From positions 1-64,000 of the forward strand of contig JBBQFN010000017.1 in assembly GCA_038321985.1 (NCBI GenBank): DNA of 64,000 nucleotides, written 5' to 3'. The position numbers and the translations under genes were made by a program. The notes beneath the pieces were generated by a model that searched no databases, was not told the origin of the DNA, and saw only the letters and a list, made by a program, of their open reading frames with translations. The DNA comes from Cyanophyceae cyanobacterium. GTDB lineage: Bacteria > Cyanobacteriota > Cyanobacteriia > Cyanobacteriales > Laspinemataceae. Below are positions 19,274-30,536 of this stretch, in pieces (position 1 is the stretch's first letter; every line of letters begins with the position of its first letter).

Positions 19274-21349
19274 ATGACAAATCGTTTAGCACAGACTCAA
19301 AGTTTGTATCTCCGCAAACACGCGGATAACCCGATCGATTGGTGGCCCTGGTGTGAGGAGGCATTAGCAATCGCCAAGGCACAGGATAAACCGATATTTT
19401 TGTCGATTGGCTATTCAAGCTGCCACTGGTGCACTGTTATGGAAGGAGAAGCGTTCTCCAACCCGGCGATCGCCTCTTATATGAATGCCAACTTTCTGCC
19501 GATTAAAGTCGATCGCGAGGAACGCCCCGATATCGACAGCATTTATATGCAAGCGTTGCAAATGATGACCGGCCAAGGGGGTTGGCCCTTAAATATTTTT
19601 CTCACTCCCGATGACCTTGTACCCTTTTATGGGGGTACTTATTTCCCCGTCGAACCCCGTTATGGACGTCCCGGTTTCCTAGAATTGCTGCAAGCGATTC
19701 GACGCTACTACGATCGCGAAAAAGACAAACTGCAAGCCTTTAAGGAAGAAATTATGGGTCATCTCCAACAGGCGGCGACCCTCCCCGGAACCGAGGACCT
19801 TCCAGAAGAACTCTTGTGGAAAGGATTCGAGACTACGGTGGGGGTGATTGCCAATGGAAATTATGGACCCAGTTTTCCGATGATGCCTTACGCCCAAGTG
19901 CTCCTACAATCCACTCGATTTGATCGAGAATCGGAATACGATAAAATGAGTGCGATCGCCCGACGGGGGTATGATCTGGCTTCCGGTGGCATCTATGATG
20001 CAGTGGCTGGAGGATTTCATCGCTACACCGTTGATCCCAGTTGGACGGTCCCCCACTTTGAAAAAATGCTTTACGATAACGGCCAAATTGTCGAGTTTTT
20101 AGCCAATTTGTGGAGTGCAGGCATCCAAAAACCCGGATTTAAGTGGGCAATTGCGGGGACCGTAGAATGGCTAAAACGAGAAATGACCTCCCCGGAAGGC
20201 TATTTTTATGCCGCCCAAGATGCCGATAGTTTCACCACTCCCCAGGACAAAGAACCAGAAGAAGGGGCTTTTTATGTCTGGACTCATCAGGAACTAGAAA
20301 GCCTACTGACTGCGGAAGAACTCGCCGAACTACATCAACAATTTATCCTCCGCCCCGAGGGCAATTTTGAAGGACGTAATGTCTTACAACGGAGCAATCT
20401 TGAGGTCCTCAGCCCGACGGTAGAAACTGCTTTAGCCAAGTTATTTAAAGTGCGCTATGGTGCTTTACCCGAAGCAGTTAAAACCTTTCCCCCTGCCTGT
20501 AACAATCACCAAGCCAAAACCCAAAACTGGCCCGGTCGAATTCCCCCAGTTACCGACCCAAAAATGATTGTTGCCTGGAATAGTTTAATGATTTCTGGGT
20601 TGGCAAGAGCGGCGGTCGTGTTTGATAATCCAGAGTATGCAATCTTGGCGACCACCGCCGCGAATTTTATTCTCGCTCATCAATGGGTGGACGGTCGTTT
20701 TCATCGCCTTAATTATGAGGGTCAAGCCGCCGTACTGGCCCAATCAGAAGATTACGCTTTGTTTATTAAAGCGTTATTAGATTTACAGCAAATGGAACAG
20801 GTTCATCGTTCTAATTCCAATTGGTTAGAGAAAGCGCTTCAAGTCCAGGAAGAGTTTGATGAGTATCTCTGGAGTGTGGAACTAGGGGGATATTTTAATA
20901 CAGGGAAAGATAGCAGTAGTGACTTAATTGTGCGGGAACGCAGTTATACCGATAATGCGACCCCGGCAGCGAATGGGGTGGAGATCGCCTCCTTGATCCG
21001 GTTATCAATGCTGAGTGAAGACTTATCCTATTTGGACCGCGCCTTCCTCTCCCTAAAATCCTTTGGGTCGATTATGGACGGCGCACCTTCTGCCTGTCCC
21101 AGCCTCTTTGGTGCTTTGGATTGGTATCGTCACCACACCCTAGTCCGTACCGAGGGTAGTCGCATTCCGGGGTTAATATCCCAATATTTCCCCACCTGCA
21201 TTTTTCAGGATAAGTCAGACCTCCCAGATGGGGTGACCGGCTTAGTTTGTGAGGGCCTCTCTTGTCAAGAACCCGCCACTACTCCCGAACAACTCTTAGA
21301 ACAGATGCAAGGGGCTCAAGTCCGACCCTCCCAGGGATCAAGGGTTTAA
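19274..21349 (+). CDS. Thioredoxin-domain protein, YyaL/DUF255 family
   Basis: MTNRLA...[30 protein letters not shown] and [10 protein letters not shown] motifs. Confidence 0.93.
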   Translation: MTNRLAQTQSLYLRKHADNPIDWWPWCEEALAIAKAQDKPIFLSIGYSSCHWCTVMEGEAFSNPAIASYMNANFLPIKVDREERPDIDSIYMQALQMMTGQGGWPLNIFLTPDDLVPFYGGTYFPVEPRYGRPGFLELLQAIRRYYDREKDKLQAFKEEIMGHLQQAATLPGTEDLPEELLWKGFETTVGVIANGNYGPSFPMMPYAQVLLQSTRFDRESEYDKMSAIARRGYDLASGGIYDAVAGGFHRYTVDPSWTVPHFEKMLYDNGQIVEFLANLWSAGIQKPGFKWAIAGTVEWLKREMTSPEGYFYAAQDADSFTTPQDKEPEEGAFYVWTHQELESLLTAEELAELHQQFILRPEGNFEGRNVLQRSNLEVLSPTVETALAKLFKVRYGALPEAVKTFPPACNNHQAKTQNWPGRIPPVTDPKMIVAWNSLMISGLARAAVVFDNPEYAILATTAANFILAHQWVDGRFHRLNYEGQAAVLAQSEDYALFIKALLDLQQMEQVHRSNSNWLEKALQVQEEFDEYLWSVELGGYFNTGKDSSSDLIVRERSYTDNATPAANGVEIASLIRLSMLSEDLSYLDRAFLSLKSFGSIMDGAPSACPSLFGALDWYRHHTLVRTEGSRIPGLISQYFPTCIFQDKSDLPDGVTGLVCEGLSCQEPATTPEQLLEQMQGAQVRPSQGSRV

Positions 21350-21440
21350 ACTTCTGTGTTTTTAGCCCTCCCCAAAATATCGGGGAGGGGGCCCGATTCT
21401 CTGCCGGAAACTGGTTCACTAAAGGGGGTTGGAGAAATGC

Positions 21441-23465
21441 TCACTCCGGTTCAGCCTTTATAGAATCCTCAACTAGAGAATCCACATTTATAGGATCCTC
21501 AACAGCGGGAGAATCCTCAACAGGGGGAGAATCTTTAACAGGGGTTTGACTCCGGTCGGATGGCGCGATTCCCTCAATCTGAATCAGTGCTTCCATAATG
21601 TCTTTGACAATCGGTGCAGCTACCGTTCCCCCGTAACCGCCAACGGGTTCATCTACAGCAGCCAGGACGACATAACGCGGGTTATCTGCGGGTAAGATGG
21701 CTACAAAACTGGCAATGCGCGCATACTCCGAGTACCCTTTACCATCATCGTTCGCTTTTTGAGAGGTGCCAGTTTTTCCAGCAATCCGATACCCGGGAAT
21801 TTGCGCCGCAGTGCCGGTACCGTCGTCGATGACCTCTTCCATCATGGAAACGACAGCTTGGGTGGTAGTGGCGGAAAAGACTTGGCGGTGGGGACGGCGG
21901 TCCGGTTGCCAATACTGCCGTCCTTGGCTATCGAAGAGTCCCCGGACGACGTGGGGGGTGACGAGATAGCCTTCATTGGCTAAAGCGCCATTAATCTGGA
22001 CCAGTTGCAGGGGAGTCAGGGAAAGGCCTTGACCAAAGGAAGCGGTGGCAGCGTTGACGGGGGATGCCATAAATTCCGATCGCGATCGCAGTTGACTGGC
22101 GGTTTCAAAGGGTAAGTCTGCACCCAGGACATCTCCGATTCCTAAGCGTTGTAGCCAACTGTAAAAGACTCGCGATCGCATCTGTTCGATAATATGTACC
22201 ATGCCGACATTGCTGGAATAGCGGATGATTTCTTTAACGCTCAAATAGCCTCGCCCTGCCCCATCGGAGTTGGAAATCGGCCATTCATCGACATAAATCC
22301 GCCCTTCGTCATAAAAGACGCTATTGGGTTCAATGGCACCGGCTTCTAAGGCGATCGCCACGGCAATCGGTTTAAAGGTAGATCCCGGTTCATACAAATC
22401 CGTGAGCGCCCAGTTTTTAAATAACTCTACATCAAATTTAAAATATTCATTGGGATCGTAGGAGGGGTCGCAGACAAGGGCTAATATTTCCCCGGTTTTA
22501 GCATCCATCACGATCGCCGTGCCCCGTTTAGCATTCCACTGCTTCCGGTGTTTCTCTAAGGCAGTCCGCGCCGCTTGTTGCAACCGCAAATCTAACGTAA
22601 TTTGTAGGTGCAAATCGTCCAGGCGCATAAATTCCGCCGGTACTGGGTCCGGGATCAAAGAACCCCATAACCTGCGGTCTAGGTCTAAAGAGGCTTCCCG
22701 CGCTAGTAAATGCTGATGGCTGACTTCTATCCCTGCTTGGCCTTGGCCTTCTGTATCCACATAACCCACAACATCTGCCGCTAAGTTTTTCTGGGGATAA
22801 TAGCGGGCACGATTTTGTTCGAGTTCTAGTCCATCTAGGAAGGTATCGCGGATGCGATCGGCGTTTTCTTCCGAGATGCCCATTGCTACGGAAATTCCAC
22901 TCTCTGCTTGGTTGAATTTCCCAAACAGTTCTGCACTCGATTGATTCAGAATCGGTGCGAGGGTTCCTGCCATTTCTTCTTTGGAAATTTTAAAGAGTTT
23001 GGGATGGGCGTATAGAGTATAAACAGGGCGGTCCAAAGCCAAAACGTTGTTGTTGCGATCGACGATCGCTCGCCGGGGAATAAACGGCTGTAATTTAACA
23101 TCTTGTTGCTGTCTGGCTTGTTCCTGTAAGTCCTCCCCCTGGACAATTTGCAATCGATACAAATTCCCACTCAATCCCAGCATTCCTGCCATTAATAGCC
23201 CCCACACTACAGCAAATCTAATGCGAGGATTTCCTAATTTGGTTAGAGCACGGACTCCTCGCCTGACTCGTGGCGAACTGTTCAAATTTTCAAAAATTAA
23301 TAATAAAAAGGCCACGGGTAAGAGCAAGAGCAAGTTTTTACCCTGCTCCTGTGACCGCTTAGGCCGTGCCATCCCCCGGCTGATTTTTTTTTGGCGTTGA
23401 AGTTGGGTTTTGGGACGACGATTCCGCTGTAAATCTCTCCCCGGGTGTGGAATCCTTGATGCCAT
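21441..23465 (-). CDS. ftsI: Class B penicillin-binding protein (FtsI/PBP3)
   Basis: SxxK (GSTFK), SSN and KTG motifs, PBP dimerisation region, downstream of an ftsL-like gene. Confidence 0.88.
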   Translation of the reverse strand: MASRIPHPGRDLQRNRRPKTQLQRQKKISRGMARPKRSQEQGKNLLLLLPVAFLLLIFENLNSSPRVRRGVRALTKLGNPRIRFAVVWGLLMAGMLGLSGNLYRLQIVQGEDLQEQARQQQDVKLQPFIPRRAIVDRNNNVLALDRPVYTLYAHPKLFKISKEEMAGTLAPILNQSSAELFGKFNQAESGISVAMGISEENADRIRDTFLDGLELEQNRARYYPQKNLAADVVGYVDTEGQGQAGIEVSHQHLLAREASLDLDRRLWGSLIPDPVPAEFMRLDDLHLQITLDLRLQQAARTALEKHRKQWNAKRGTAIVMDAKTGEILALVCDPSYDPNEYFKFDVELFKNWALTDLYEPGSTFKPIAVAIALEAGAIEPNSVFYDEGRIYVDEWPISNSDGAGRGYLSVKEIIRYSSNVGMVHIIEQMRSRVFYSWLQRLGIGDVLGADLPFETASQLRSRSEFMASPVNAATASFGQGLSLTPLQLVQINGALANEGYLVTPHVVRGLFDSQGRQYWQPDRRPHRQVFSATTTQAVVSMMEEVIDDGTGTAAQIPGYRIAGKTGTSQKANDDGKGYSEYARIASFVAILPADNPRYVVLAAVDEPVGGYGGTVAAPIVKDIMEALIQIEGIAPSDRSQTPVKDSPPVEDSPAVEDPINVDSLVEDSIKAEPE

Positions 23466-23585
23466 TTTCCGCTCGCTGTAATCAGGTTTGAGAATTTAAA
23501 TGCGTTCTCTAATGGTATTTATTGATTAGAATATACCCTTGTTTATGCTAGGAATTATCAGGTTTTAATTCCGAGGTTTAGGGGG

Positions 23586-24230
23586 TTAATATCCTACGGG
23601 TCGAGTATCATTCGGTGAAGTGTCTTCACCGCTAGATTCTTCCGGTGCTGGAGCGGCTAACGGGGTTTGTTTTAAAAATATCATTTGCTTTAAGTTAGGT
23701 GATACTAACCCGCTTTCGGGTGCTTCCGCTTGCTGGGAAAATTGGGTTTTTAAGCTCTCGTTGGTGGTGGTCAATTTTCGCTCTTGGCGGCGCAAATTTT
23801 CCAACTGCCGAAAGGATGTACCCCACTGTTGCTGGTAGTACACGGTACTGCCATAAATAAATAAAGCGGCACTGACGAGTAGAAAGGTAGCAAGGGAGGA
23901 AACCGTTTGTGCTTTCACGAGCGATCGCAACCAAAATGGAACAGCCCAGGGATTTGATGCGGACTGATTTCTCGCCGCAGAGTTCTTTCTCGATTCCGTT
24001 GTTTTAGGGCTAGGAGTTAACCCTTCCCGCCCTCGGTTACCCGCTTGAGGCGATCGCATCAGGGTGACTTTTCCAGCGGTTCCTGGGGCAATCCCTAGGC
24101 TTTCTTTAGGTTTTCTCTGGCGAGTTGCGATCGAGGTTACTTTACGGGATGTTCCTGCCGAAGTTGGGCGGGACCTCATTTTTCTCGGGGAATTTGGGGG
24201 TCTGAAAGCAACTGTCATAACTTTAACCAA
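23586..24230 (-). CDS. FtsL-like cell division protein
   Basis: Basic disordered N-terminus, single TM and coiled coil (WGTSFRQLENLRRQERKLTTTNESLK); immediately upstream of ftsI. Confidence 0.65.
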   Translation of the reverse strand: MVKVMTVAFRPPNSPRKMRSRPTSAGTSRKVTSIATRQRKPKESLGIAPGTAGKVTLMRSPQAGNRGREGLTPSPKTTESRKNSAARNQSASNPWAVPFWLRSLVKAQTVSSLATFLLVSAALFIYGSTVYYQQQWGTSFRQLENLRRQERKLTTTNESLKTQFSQQAEAPESGLVSPNLKQMIFLKQTPLAAPAPEESSGEDTSPNDTRPVGY

Positions 24231-25040
24231 TATCAGGCCGTGCTGTTAATAGATCTATTTATATCGGTTCTCTTCCCAGTCGGGGTGGGGATTGAATCCC
24301 CCGATTAATGGGATTGGGAATTCCGATGTTCGTTTCTCTCGTGGATTCCACTGAGACTTCCCCATCCTAACACCGCCATGTCTGTACATCTTTTCCACGG
24401 GGGGAACTCTGATTTCAGGAAGGCGATCGCTCAGGTTCCCCGACTTCCCTCTCCTTAGAGAGTTGTTTTATCTGGGCCACTGATATAGGGGGAACTCCCC
24501 CTACCTCCGGCTTCCGGGTAGGGATTAGATGAAAAAGACTGTTACGCCGTTTGTGGTTCTAATCTCTTGCTAATCAGAAGAGATTGGGACAAGAAACCCG
24601 GTTTCTAATCTCTGTGCCGACGCCCTAGGCTACGGGACCCACAGGTAGGGTCCGTAAGTAGCAACTCCCGGGAGCATACCCATAACCTGCACCGCCTTCC
24701 GATGCCTTCAGACCCTCCCCGGGTTCCAGAACTGACGGGAAGGGTGTCAAGGGTGCAAAATGTCAACCTCCACCCCCGCCCGTTTCTTGATGTTTTCTCC
24801 ACAAAATAAAAATTTTTAAAGATAAATAAAAATTTGTAACTTTTTTTGCAAAAATGCCCTATTCTATACTACTAGCAGATTTTCAAGGGGGTTACCTCTG
24901 GAGGTGTCCAGAGTGAACGATCCTGAAAAGCTCGCCTAGATTAGGTTTTTTAGCAGTTGTTCATCTTTTAGAAACGACTGAACTAATCTAGATCCTTAGT
25001 CCTTTGTATTTGCTCATTCATTTATCCCTAAATATCCACA

Positions 25041-25226
25041 ATGAAAAACAAAATCGCCAGTTTGGCTGTTTTACTCGCTTTGGCGACCTCTGTTGTAGCC
25101 TGCAATACAAATGAACCCGAAACCCCAGCGGGCACTACTCCAACAGAAGAAGTTCCAGTAGACCAAACCGCTCCCGAAGCTGTGCCTGCTCCCGCCACCA
25201 CCCCGACGACTCCGAGTGCTCCTTAA
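25041..25226 (+). CDS. Small Pro/Thr/Ala-rich lipoprotein
   Basis: MKNK plus hydrophobic stretch plus VVAC lipobox; followed by a hairpin at 25287-25313. Confidence 0.7.
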   Translation: MKNKIASLAVLLALATSVVACNTNEPETPAGTTPTEEVPVDQTAPEAVPAPATTPTTPSAP

Positions 25227-25286
25227 GACTTAGTAGCAAGTAGTCTAGGGATTACCATCACACGGGATACAATATCCTAGATAGTT

Positions 25287-25313
25287 GTAAGGGTGCAAAG
25301 TTTGCACCCTTAC
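25287..25313 (+). terminator. Hairpin or terminator after the small lipoprotein gene
   Basis: GTAAGGGTGCAA-AGT-TTGCACCCTTAC perfect inverted repeat. Confidence 0.55.
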
Positions 25314-25664
25314 GCATTCATAGAAGTCAGAAACCCTGGACATTTGTCGAGGGTTATTTTTTAAATAGAGCCAATTTAACTTATTTGGACCTTACGATTA
25401 ACGAGCATTTGCTTTCCCTAAAACTTATCCAAATTCACCCAGTTTTAAAGTACCCGCTTCTAGCTCGTTATCAACGTTTGATTAAGAATTCACCAGATTT
25501 TAAGGAGTGCCAGCTTCTGGAAGGCTAATGTTCCGAGGAATGTAGAATCTTGCCCTAAAGCTGTCCCCCACTCAACGGCATCCTAATATAAGTGGATTGA
25601 TTTATGACTTAGGACCGATAGAAAATTACTAAAGGTATGTTAATAAATGTAAGAAAATAACAAG

Positions 25665-26036
25665 TTGATGAATATGCGCGATCGCCTCGAATCCATCGGT
25701 CCTAAACTATCCCAACTCACCGCTTCAATGCCGTTGATTTTAGTGGGAGGACTGCTCCTGGGCAGTACCCCACTTGTTGCAGCTTTACCGCCCCCCTCCG
25801 ATGTCCCCGAGGAAATCTTGCGAACTGAAATTATCACCCAAGCGCGATCGCCCGTGGATGGAACCGCCCTAACCCCGGGTGAATATGCTGCATTGCTAGA
25901 AGATCCGACATTCCGGGGGACGAGCGCCCCCACCGAGGGGAGTGGATCAACGGCGATCGCCCCCTTCTCCCCAGAGCAGACCATCATTAATCGGTGGCCC
26001 GTGCGCGAATTACTCCGGTCAATTTTTCCGTTTTGA
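25665..26036 (+). CDS. Conserved cyanobacterial hypothetical exported protein
   Basis: Signal-like segment followed by ALPPPSDVPEEILRTEIITQARSPVDG; C-terminus LLRSIFPF. Start codon uncertain. Confidence 0.6.
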   Translation: MMNMRDRLESIGPKLSQLTASMPLILVGGLLLGSTPLVAALPPPSDVPEEILRTEIITQARSPVDGTALTPGEYAALLEDPTFRGTSAPTEGSGSTAIAPFSPEQTIINRWPVRELLRSIFPF

Positions 26037-26387
26037 AGATGCCATATTAGTTTACAATCCGTAATATTTCTGGTGTATTGATATTATGAAGTGTTGCTCC
26101 CTTGGGGCGGCGATCGCTTTCCCATAGTGGAGCCGGTGTATTAACCCACACCCAATCTGAATTCAGGATACCGGGAAATCTCTAGGAGAACGAAGGCGAT
26201 CGCGTCCCAGTTCTAAGCCTGCCCTGTGCCTGGGTTCATTCCCCGCGCATTCCGGGATCAAGCTCTCAATCACCTCCCCAAGGGAGGCGATCGCATATCA
26301 AACCCTTGTGCTGAACCCTATCCCAGGGTTGATAAACCGCACGCCTATGGAAACCCATTCAATAACTGTATTTAGGTAACAAAACTC

Positions 26388-28697
26388 ATGACCATGACCA
26401 TCGCCTCCGATCAAGTTCATCAGATTGTTGGGAATCAACATCAAGACCCCTTTGAAATCCTGGGCGCTCATCCCATCCAGGACAACGGCAAAATCTCCCA
26501 TTGGGCCGTCCGAGCCTACCTCCCTAACGCCGACAGCGTTTCGGTCATTGTTCCGGAACAACGTCAAGAATATCCCATGCAGTCCGTGCATAACCCGCAC
26601 TTCTTTGAATGCGTCATCGAAACCGCAGAACTTGCAAACTACCAATTTCGCATCACAGAAGGAGAGCATGAGCGGGTCATGTACGACCCCTACGCCTTCC
26701 GGTCCCCCAAACTCACCGACTTAGATATTCACCTGTTCGCCGAAGGCAACCACCATCGTATCTACGAAAAACTCGGCGCTCATACGATGGAAGTCAACGG
26801 CGTTAAAGGCGTGTACTTTGCAGTCTGGGCACCCAACGCCCGTAACATCTCCGTCCTCGGCGACTTCAACCACTGGGACGGACGCAAACATCAAATGGCT
26901 AAACGCGGTAACGGCGTCTGGGAGCTCTTCATCCCTGACCTGGGTGTAGGGGAACATTACAAATACGAAATTAAAAACTCCGCAGGCCACATTTACGAAA
27001 AATCTGACCCCTACGGGTTCCAACAAGAACCCCGACCCAAAACCGCCTCCATCGTCACCGACCTCGACACCTACGCCTGGACCGACGAAAAATGGATGGA
27101 GGAGCGTCGCAACAGCGACCCCCTGACCAAACCCATCTCCGTTTATGAATGTCATTTAGGCTCCTGGCTCCATGCCTCCGCCTCGGAACCGGCGAAACTC
27201 CCTAATGGAGATACCGAACCCGTCGTCATCGTCTCCGAACTCAAACCGGGTGCCAGATTCCTCACCTACCGGGAACTTGCCGAGAAACTGATTCCCTACG
27301 TCAAAGAACTGGGCTACACCCACATTGAATTACTCCCCATAGCGGAACATCCCTTTGATGGGTCCTGGGGTTATCAAGTCACCGGATACTACGCCCCCAC
27401 CTCCCGTTTTGGCACCCCGGAAGACTTCATGTACTTTGTGGACCGCTGCCACCAAGAGGGAATAGCAGTCCTAGTGGACTGGGTTCCCGGTCACTTCCCC
27501 AAAGACGGACATGGATTAGCCTTCTTTGATGGTACTCACCTCTACGAACACGCTGACCCCCGCAAGGGCGAACACAAGGAATGGGGGACCCTCGTCTTTA
27601 ACTACAACCGCAACGAGGTCCGCAACTTCCTGGTATCCAACGTCTTATTCTGGTTTGATAAATTCCACATTGACGGCATCCGCGTCGATGCAGTCGCTTC
27701 CATGTTGTATTTAGACTACTGCCGCAAAGAAGGGGAATGGGTTACCAACCAATATGGCGGACGGGAAAACCTAGAGGCGGCAGACTTCCTGCGCCAAGCG
27801 AATCACCTTTTGTTTTCCTATTATCCCGGCGTCCTCTCCATTGCTGAAGAGTCTACCTCTTGGCCGATGGTATCTTGGCCCACTTATGTAGGGGGTTTAG
27901 GGTTTAACTTGAAATGGAACATGGGCTGGATGCACGATATGCTGGATTACTTCAGCATGGACCCCTGGTTCCGCCAGTTCCATCAGAACAACATCACCTT
28001 TAGTATGTGGTATCACCACAGCGAGAACTTCATGCTGGCCCTGTCCCATGATGAAGTGGTACATGGTAAGAGCAATATCATCGGTAAAATGCCTGGCGAT
28101 CGCTGGCAGAAATTAGCCAATGTCCGCTGTTTGTTTACCTATATGTTCGCTCACCCCGGCAAGAAAACCTTGTTTATGAGCATGGAATTCGGGCAATGGA
28201 GCGAGTGGAATGTCTGGGGAGATTTGGAGTGGGAACTCTTAGAACATGAGCCACACCAACAGCTAAAAACCTTTATGGGCGACTTAAACCGCTTGTATTG
28301 TTCCACCCCAGAACTGTATAGTCAAGACTTCGGACAAGAAGGGTTTGAGTGGATTGACTGCTCAGACAATCGCCATAGTGTCGTATCATTTATCCGGTGG
28401 GATAAAAATAAAGAAGATTTTGTGGTGGTGGTGTGTAACTTCACCCCGCAACCTCACAGTCACTACCGCGTTGGAGTCCCCGTACATGGATTCTACAGCG
28501 AAATCTTTAATAGTGACTCCGGCAAATATGGCGGGAGCAACATGGGTAACCTAGGCGGCAAATGGGCCGATGAATGGTGGTTACACAGTCATGCTTACTC
28601 AATGGATCTGTGCTTGCCACCGTTATCTGTCTTGGTATTTAAGTTAGATAAAGAGCAGACAGAAGAAGCGCGTAAAGCCTGGATGTCTCAAACTTGA
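26388..28697 (+). CDS. glgB: 1,4-alpha-glucan branching enzyme
   Basis: [28 protein letters not shown] and [10 protein letters not shown] motifs. Confidence 0.98.
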   Translation: MTMTIASDQVHQIVGNQHQDPFEILGAHPIQDNGKISHWAVRAYLPNADSVSVIVPEQRQEYPMQSVHNPHFFECVIETAELANYQFRITEGEHERVMYDPYAFRSPKLTDLDIHLFAEGNHHRIYEKLGAHTMEVNGVKGVYFAVWAPNARNISVLGDFNHWDGRKHQMAKRGNGVWELFIPDLGVGEHYKYEIKNSAGHIYEKSDPYGFQQEPRPKTASIVTDLDTYAWTDEKWMEERRNSDPLTKPISVYECHLGSWLHASASEPAKLPNGDTEPVVIVSELKPGARFLTYRELAEKLIPYVKELGYTHIELLPIAEHPFDGSWGYQVTGYYAPTSRFGTPEDFMYFVDRCHQEGIAVLVDWVPGHFPKDGHGLAFFDGTHLYEHADPRKGEHKEWGTLVFNYNRNEVRNFLVSNVLFWFDKFHIDGIRVDAVASMLYLDYCRKEGEWVTNQYGGRENLEAADFLRQANHLLFSYYPGVLSIAEESTSWPMVSWPTYVGGLGFNLKWNMGWMHDMLDYFSMDPWFRQFHQNNITFSMWYHHSENFMLALSHDEVVHGKSNIIGKMPGDRWQKLANVRCLFTYMFAHPGKKTLFMSMEFGQWSEWNVWGDLEWELLEHEPHQQLKTFMGDLNRLYCSTPELYSQDFGQEGFEWIDCSDNRHSVVSFIRWDKNKEDFVVVVCNFTPQPHSHYRVGVPVHGFYSEIFNSDSGKYGGSNMGNLGGKWADEWWLHSHAYSMDLCLPPLSVLVFKLDKEQTEEARKAWMSQT

Positions 28698-28731
28698 GGC
28701 ATTAAGGTTAGGGGTATAGAGTAGGAGAATA

Positions 28732-29153
28732 GCGAGCATCTTGCTCGCCCTCCCACCGTTTGTAGTAACCCCTTCAGGGGTTGCCCTGTCAAGGTGTATT
28801 TGTAGGGGCTTCGATGCTTGCGCCCCTATAGTTCTCATAGCCCTCCCCTTAGCAAGGGGAGGGTTGGGTGGGGTTTTCCCACTAACCCAAGAAACAAAGG
28901 ATAGCTGGTCCAGATTTGATAGTTAAAAGCAGCGCGACTCAAGGGTTCAATAGGAAAGCGGATCCGCTTCGTTGCCCGGGCCGATTTATAGACCGAGAAG
29001 GCAGGTTCCTGGCTCAAAACGACTTTTGATACTCCATACGGTAGTTATAGGTCTGTTAACAGGAGAATGACTTAGTGGACCCCACCCTAACCCTCCCCAA
29101 GAATCAGGGGAGGGAACCGGAGGTGAACTCGAATCAGCAGGCCAATCACCATC
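28732..29153. repeat. Cluster of dispersed palindromic repeats and a MITE end
   Basis: GCGAGCATCTTGCTCGC (also near 40486), CCCTGTCAAGGTGTATTTGTAGGGGC (MITE end, 28784), and CCCTCCCC...GGGGAGGG/ACCCCACCCTAACCCTCCCC units shared with 37496-38218. Confidence 0.8.
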
Positions 29154-29205
29154 AGCCTCAAAACCTACCCTGGTCAGAGTTTGAACCCCCGTCGGGCTGG
29201 CTACC

Positions 29206-29739
29206 TCAGCCACACTTTTCAGTTTTCCGCGTCGCCCCTAACAGGGTAGAAACAAACACACAGCGCTGTTTATTGCTGTTACTATTGCGGAGGCGAACCG
29301 TCACCCGTCCCAGACGACCATTAGCGTTTCCTCGGTAATTAAATTGCATTCGCCAAACTCCATTTGTAGAGTATTGATAAAGGGTGGTTTTGCTCTCATC
29401 AATGGTGATAAAAGAATTAAGATTTTGCCAGTGGTGCTCGGTGGGATCAACCGAGGCGGGATGAACTGCCCATTGAGATACATCACCCAACTCTCGGAAA
29501 CTAGCTTGATAGGTAATTTTTTGGTGAGTGGCTTTAGTTTTAGCTTCTAGGAGAACTCCGTAGATTTCATTTTGACCCGCAGTGATGCGAGTAGTATTCA
29601 ACAAACTGAGCCAACTGGGAATGCCTATAGCTGCTAAAATAGCGATAATCAAAACAACAATTAAAACTTCGAGTAATGTGAATCCGGTGGCCTGTGAGTT
29701 GCGAAACCGACCTCTGATTTGATGGGATAATTGCATCAT
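29206..29739 (-). CDS. Minor type IV pilin / pseudopilin (FimT/GspH-like)
   Basis: Class III signal G^FTLLEVL; C-terminal RCVFVSTLLG...C. Confidence 0.88.
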   Translation of the reverse strand: MMQLSHQIRGRFRNSQATGFTLLEVLIVVLIIAILAAIGIPSWLSLLNTTRITAGQNEIYGVLLEAKTKATHQKITYQASFRELGDVSQWAVHPASVDPTEHHWQNLNSFITIDESKTTLYQYSTNGVWRMQFNYRGNANGRLGRVTVRLRNSNSNKQRCVFVSTLLGATRKTEKCG

Positions 29740-29881
29740 TCAGCACCCTGATTATTGTTGTAAAATAAAATAAATCCTCCCGGGAGAAATTGGGAAGATT
29801 TTTAATATTTTTTTACAATTGTGATAAAGATGCAGGAGTATCTTCCCGACAACAGCGATTCACTCCTAACGAGGGACTCCT

Positions 29882-30439
29882 CTAGTCGCACTCAGCCCCT
29901 TTTCCTTTATGGACTGATCCTAACAGGGTTCTAAGAATAACGCATCTTTGTTCTCCACCATTCTCAAGAGTGATGTTTATTTTAGTAGGATCATCTTCGG
30001 CAGCTTGATCTTCTGGATCGAGTTCACCTTTATCATTAAAGGTAATAATCGTACTGGGTGGATTGATGATGAGTCGGTCTTGATCGATATTCTGCTTTGG
30101 GGCTGGAGCCGCCCCTTGTGGATGTACGGCCCACCAGACTTGTGATGTGGGAGAATCTTGTTGGATGGTAACTTCCCGCGTCGCTTTATTCACTAGGGCC
30201 TGCCGTTGTGCATCCCGAACGGCCAAGGCTATGATATCTTGCGCTTTGTTCAGACGGGTGTTGTTGACCATTGCCACCCAACTTGGACCCCCAATAGTCG
30301 CCAAAATCCCAATGATAAAGACCACCATTAATACTTCTAATAGGGTAAAACCTTGGGCAGTCTGTGGGGCAAAAGATTGAGCATCACGCGGGTACTGCCC
30401 TCTCTTCCAATGTTTGAATAAATCGATAGGTTTGTTCAT
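29882..30439 (-). CDS. Minor type IV pilin / pseudopilin (FimT-like, HpsD-like)
   Basis: G^FTLLEVL; C-terminal RCVILRTLLG...C; fourth gene of the hps pilin cluster. Confidence 0.88.
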   Translation of the reverse strand: MNKPIDLFKHWKRGQYPRDAQSFAPQTAQGFTLLEVLMVVFIIGILATIGGPSWVAMVNNTRLNKAQDIIALAVRDAQRQALVNKATREVTIQQDSPTSQVWWAVHPQGAAPAPKQNIDQDRLIINPPSTIITFNDKGELDPEDQAAEDDPTKINITLENGGEQRCVILRTLLGSVHKGKGAECD

Positions 30440-30536
30440 AATTATTATAGGTTTTATATAACCTCTAAAGTCACTGATTTAGGAGAGAAATATTAGACGT
30501 GCTAATTTTTCGGGGAAACCTTTTAGCTAGTTCTAT

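Noticed and set aside
24610..24780. GC-rich hairpins and two TTGACA hexamers (minus strand) upstream of the ftsL-like gene as a riboswitch, ncRNA or promoter
   Set aside because: No match to an RNA family I can recognise and no properly spaced -10; needs an Rfam scan.
24836..24849. GTA-N8-TGC as an NtcA site for the lipoprotein gene
   Set aside because: Mismatched half-site and no -10 at the expected spacing.
29075..29338. 87-aa plus-strand ORF
   Set aside because: Translation of repeat DNA, partly antisense to the pilin gene.
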